DNA from: Tubulanus polymorphus
Lineage: Eukaryota > Animalia > Nemertea
Direction: 5' to 3'
NCBI RefSeq assembly: GCF_964204645.1
Contig: NC_134036.1
Coordinates: forward strand, 2,790,001 to 2,854,000
Length of the DNA: 64,000 bases
Shown: piece by piece, positions 60,121-64,000 of the stretch
Layout of the letters: every line of letters begins with the position of its first letter
Numbering within the stretch: the first letter of the stretch is position 1
Position numbers and translations under genes: made by a program
The notes under the pieces: model-generated
Seen by the model: only the letters and a program-made list of their open reading frames with translations
Told to the model about the DNA's origin: nothing
Databases searched by the model: none

Positions 60121-60774
60121 GTGTCATGGTCAAATATGACCTAGGAAAAAATGCATTCTATTGGAGGAATACAGCAGTAAGTAAATGATGGCTGTTAGCC
60201 AACAGCCGAAACGTTGTGGTTTCGTAATAATAAATTTCATAGTATAATTTCAAATTCGAAGTGTGGGATTTCTTCATTTATCTACAGTTTACACGGATTA
60301 TAGTGTTTATTCGACAACTAACAGCAGTGAGTGCTTTATCACTTCACGTACGTCTCAGCTACGAGCAATTGAGATAATTGCTCGTTGCCTAAAGGCATAC
60401 CAAATGCCAACTTATTCATTACCAATGATCAAGTTTTTGCAAGAAGCAAAGTCTGGTCGAATCTAGTCACCCACTCCTTTCTCAAGTTCAAAACACTTTC
60501 GGCTTGGACGCGGCTTTACGTTAACAAAAACGAACCAGTCGATAATGAATTAGATATTTTGCTAGAAATAAGTGATTAAATCAATCGATAATAATAAAAA
60601 CTAATTTGTTTATACCGCTACTAGTAATTATCGCACCTTACATGAAACCACATGATTATAAAAATGTCATTGCAAAACAAGAACATAAAACACTGAAGCT
60701 GAGACGTTATTCAATTAATGGTAAAAAAGCTTTCCTAACCCTAACCCTTTCCTCTAAAAGGCGCAGAGACAATA

Positions 60775-61140
60775 GTGTATCTTATAAACACTGACTCAGG
60801 AGCAGCTAGTGCATCTTATAAACACTGACTCAGGAGCAGCTAGTGCATCTTATAAACACTGACTGAGGAGCAGCTTGTGCATCTTATGAACACTTGAGGA
60901 GCAACTAGTGCATCTTATAAACACTGACTCAGGAGCAGCTAGTGCATCTTATAAACACTGACTCAGGAGCAGCTAGTGCATCTTATAAACACTGACTGAG
61001 GAGCAGCTAGTGTATCTTATAAACACTGACTCAGGAGCAGCTAGTGCATCTTAGAAATACTGACTGAGGAGCAGCTAGTGCATCTTATAAACACTGACTC
61101 AGGAGCAGCTAGTGCATCTTAGAAACACTTGAGGAGCAAC
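60775..61140. repeat. 34-bp minisatellite, ~10.5 copies
   Basis: Unit cttataaacactgactcaggagcagctagtgcat. Confidence 0.92.
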
Positions 61141-63369
61141 AGAGACAATAGTGGACTTCAAAGTATAGTAAAGTAATGATTTATTTTTTTAATTAATTTA
61201 CACTTGTACAAACTGGTCTAGTCAGAAATGTACTTCACGAAATTTACCAGATTACAGTCTACTTGTTAGTAGTGGTAGAACGTTAAGTTAGGTTGGTGAC
61301 GCTGTTTAAATGATCGCATCCACAGCCTAGTTTCGACTCAGGTCGGTTGAGTTGCGCTTTAACGCGACATATAATGTCAACATGATATTGGGAACTTTGG
61401 ATAATATTGGGAAGTTCGGATAATTTTTGATACTTAATTGAGCATAGGTTTGAATGATTTGTGATAACAATGACATATAAACCTGGATGAATTGGTCTTT
61501 TAGTCTACTATCAACCAATGTTAGAAATAGTGGTTCATTTTATTTTCCTTAGTGTGAAATAATGTGCTTAGCCTGAACCTTAAGTAGTCAGGATTTTAAA
61601 GAGTTGTATGTGCGAAAATATGTCGACATAAAATTTTAGACTTTTAGACGCAATAAAAAAGTTCACATGAATTCACATGAAAGAGGTATAGCCAGGAAGA
61701 ACTTGGTCTTAAGTGAAAGCTAAGAATACTTTGAACGTTTAATTAATGATATCACTGTTGATTATTCATTGATAGTATAATTATTTAATGTTGTCTATAG
61801 CTGGCCTGCAATTAGGTAAAATTATAGTTTGCTAATAGAAATAATGTAATAGAAGCAACTTGTTCAATGTTGTGGTTTTCAGTGGTTCATAAAATACCGA
61901 TTTAATTAAGGTCCTGTCTGATATAGAGGAACAGTCCCTTAATAAAGAAGAAAAAACGTCAGAATAGCCATCTCAAGCGAATTCATTATGTTTGAAAATC
62001 TTTAACTTACGACTAGGCAAAGTTTGCAAAATTATATTTTCCTAATAAAAATAATGTCAACTAAAATGAAATTAAAGACGGATTTGTTAATCTTAGGCTT
62101 TTTAGAGTGAATTCGTAGTTTTATCCCTCAGATTAATGCTTTTATGTTGAACTGTTTTTGCTATACAGTTCACGTGTTTGTTCACTAGGAACTTATGTGA
62201 TAAATTCTTTGATTATAATACCTGTCATTTAGATGCGTATAATAGTTGTCATAGGAATAAAACGACATACATGTTCATCATCATGTTATAACTCTTTAAT
62301 TGTTAATAGTTTAGTTTACAGCAACTTTTTCACCGTTGTTTAGTTTTCAGTGGTTCGTGATAGCGATTTAATCAAAGTCCTATCGGAAAATAGAGTAGAG
62401 TTTCGTGATAAATGTGTATATACGAACATTAGTAAATTGTCCTAGTTTATAGTTTATACGTCCATTGTGGTTGGTATTTTTTGAAATACAGTCATCGTAT
62501 ATTATAATTTCCTCATGGACGTAATCTGGCATTTTCTATAATTGTTGTATGAAAATAAATATGATTCACCTTTCATGAAGTTTTTAGCAACAATCAAAGG
62601 TGATTCAAAAGATCTTAATAGATCCCCGAAAAGTGGATGTATTAGGATTGTGGTTATATGGGTGTGTTTAGGCCCATGTCAAAGCTAAATTCTGATCTAC
62701 CATTTGAAGATGGTACGCCTACAAACTATAGTTCAACCTCGTTACAACGAACTCTTAGAAGGGCGCCAGAAAATATGCTCGTAATAATCGAAAGTTCGTG
62801 ATATCCTTGAAAAACAATTGATGAAAATGAAACTTTTCCTATTTGGGACAATATTCTAGGTTTGTAATACTGGAATCCGAGGACGCCTCTGCCGAATTAC
62901 GGCGATGTTTTCGCTACCGGCAACTTCGTTATTGCCAAAGATATTAGTCAGGTCTGATCAATTGAAAAGCAGTCATTGTTGATACGCTGTGTATGTCTGA
63001 ACAATAAAACGCACGGTTCCCCAAAGCGAAACAAGTCAATAAGAAAGTCCATAAGAAAGAAAATTTAATGCACTGATTTTGTTTTTTCATAATTCATTTA
63101 ATAGTTATATAATATATAGTTAATAATTACATAATCAATTGCTCTTAACATCTCAGAAAATACATGTATCCATCATACATCACTGAAACAAGTACATAGC
63201 CCCACCCGCAGAATTCATTATTATTAAACATCCAGCAAAATTTTCATTTCATTCACGCACCAAAAGAAGAAAAAACATGTCACAAAAGGGTAAAACAAGA
63301 GATCTTCATTTATTTGTAGGGCGACCGCAAAAATGCTTAGGAAACCGGTCGACACCTTTTGGCAGTATT

Positions 63370-63589
63370 TTATTTAACTGGTTGTCGAACTTCACTCACG
63401 CAGTGATCAAAACTTCGAAACATCGACGCAACTAGGATGTGGCCCATAAACGTGGCAGATAGTCCACTGGCAGTGTTACTGATGTACAATTTATCCTCGT
63501 CATGGGAAGGAATCAGGACTTCATTCCATCGACACCATGCGTGTGCTAACAGCATGAATACAAACAACAATATGGCAGTGGAACGGAAC
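63370..63589 (-). CDS. possible terminal exon of a membrane protein gene lying mostly beyond the window
   Basis: Acceptor-like ttgcattttaag|G TTC; the open frame has two hydrophobic segments (STAILLFVFMLLAHAW; GLSATFMGHILVASMF). No family recognised. Confidence 0.3.
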
Positions 63590-64000
63590 CTTAAAATGCA
63601 AACCCCTTGGCGATAAATGTATCTCGATTGATGTAATCTCGGCAACATAAGCCGCCATCTTACATTGAAACCACATTGATCACGATTGATTAAAACTTAA
63701 GCACATGAAACCGGACATGCAGCAGGGGACATACAAAGGAATCATTCATTTAATTTACGCACAATGTTTCATCATTACTGATAACTACGAACGCGAAAAC
63801 TTCATCTGCCGAAAGGAAAATTATCGTTAAAATATACACGTTCATTTGAAGAAGGTACGAAAATATTAAAAAAACCTTCTTCGTAAATAAAGAATCTGAG
63901 CGAAAAAATGAAGTATCGTTTCTATAATTTTCAGTATCTCATATGGGTCAGATTTGACCGCGTTTTGCGCCACAAATTAACTTCTTTTCGTAAATACTAA

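Overview
Eukaryotic (animal, invertebrate-type) genomic DNA with AT-rich, repeat-laden introns and CpG-rich exons. No prokaryotic features are present. Four genes can be reconstructed by hand with GT-AG, phase-consistent splice sites. (1) A plus-strand two-exon THAP zinc-finger gene (2905-4304). (2) A minus-strand prune (DHH/DHHA2 exopolyphosphatase) gene with 7 shared coding exons (35572 down to 15908). It then has two homologous, same-phase alternative eighth exons: a short terminal exon (15133-15291, PRUNE1-like, 368 aa isoform) and a ~7.5 kb giant exon (14359 to 6821/6788, PRUNE2-like, >2800 aa isoform). The giant exon's disordered product carries arrays of AKAP-like helices, RRxS sites and short F-F-S-R motifs. 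(3) An intronless GINS2/PSF2 ORF nested on the same strand in prune's first coding intron, behind an in-frame splice acceptor. (4) A minus-strand OSBPL9/ORP9-like gene (58575 to 53084, 5 coding exons, 783 aa). Non-coding DNA holds a tandem array of Penelope-type minimal hammerhead ribozymes (33.0-33.5 kb), several MITE families with Harbinger-like 3-bp TSDs, and many minisatellites. All coordinates were read by eye; homology statements come from recalled family motifs, not searches.
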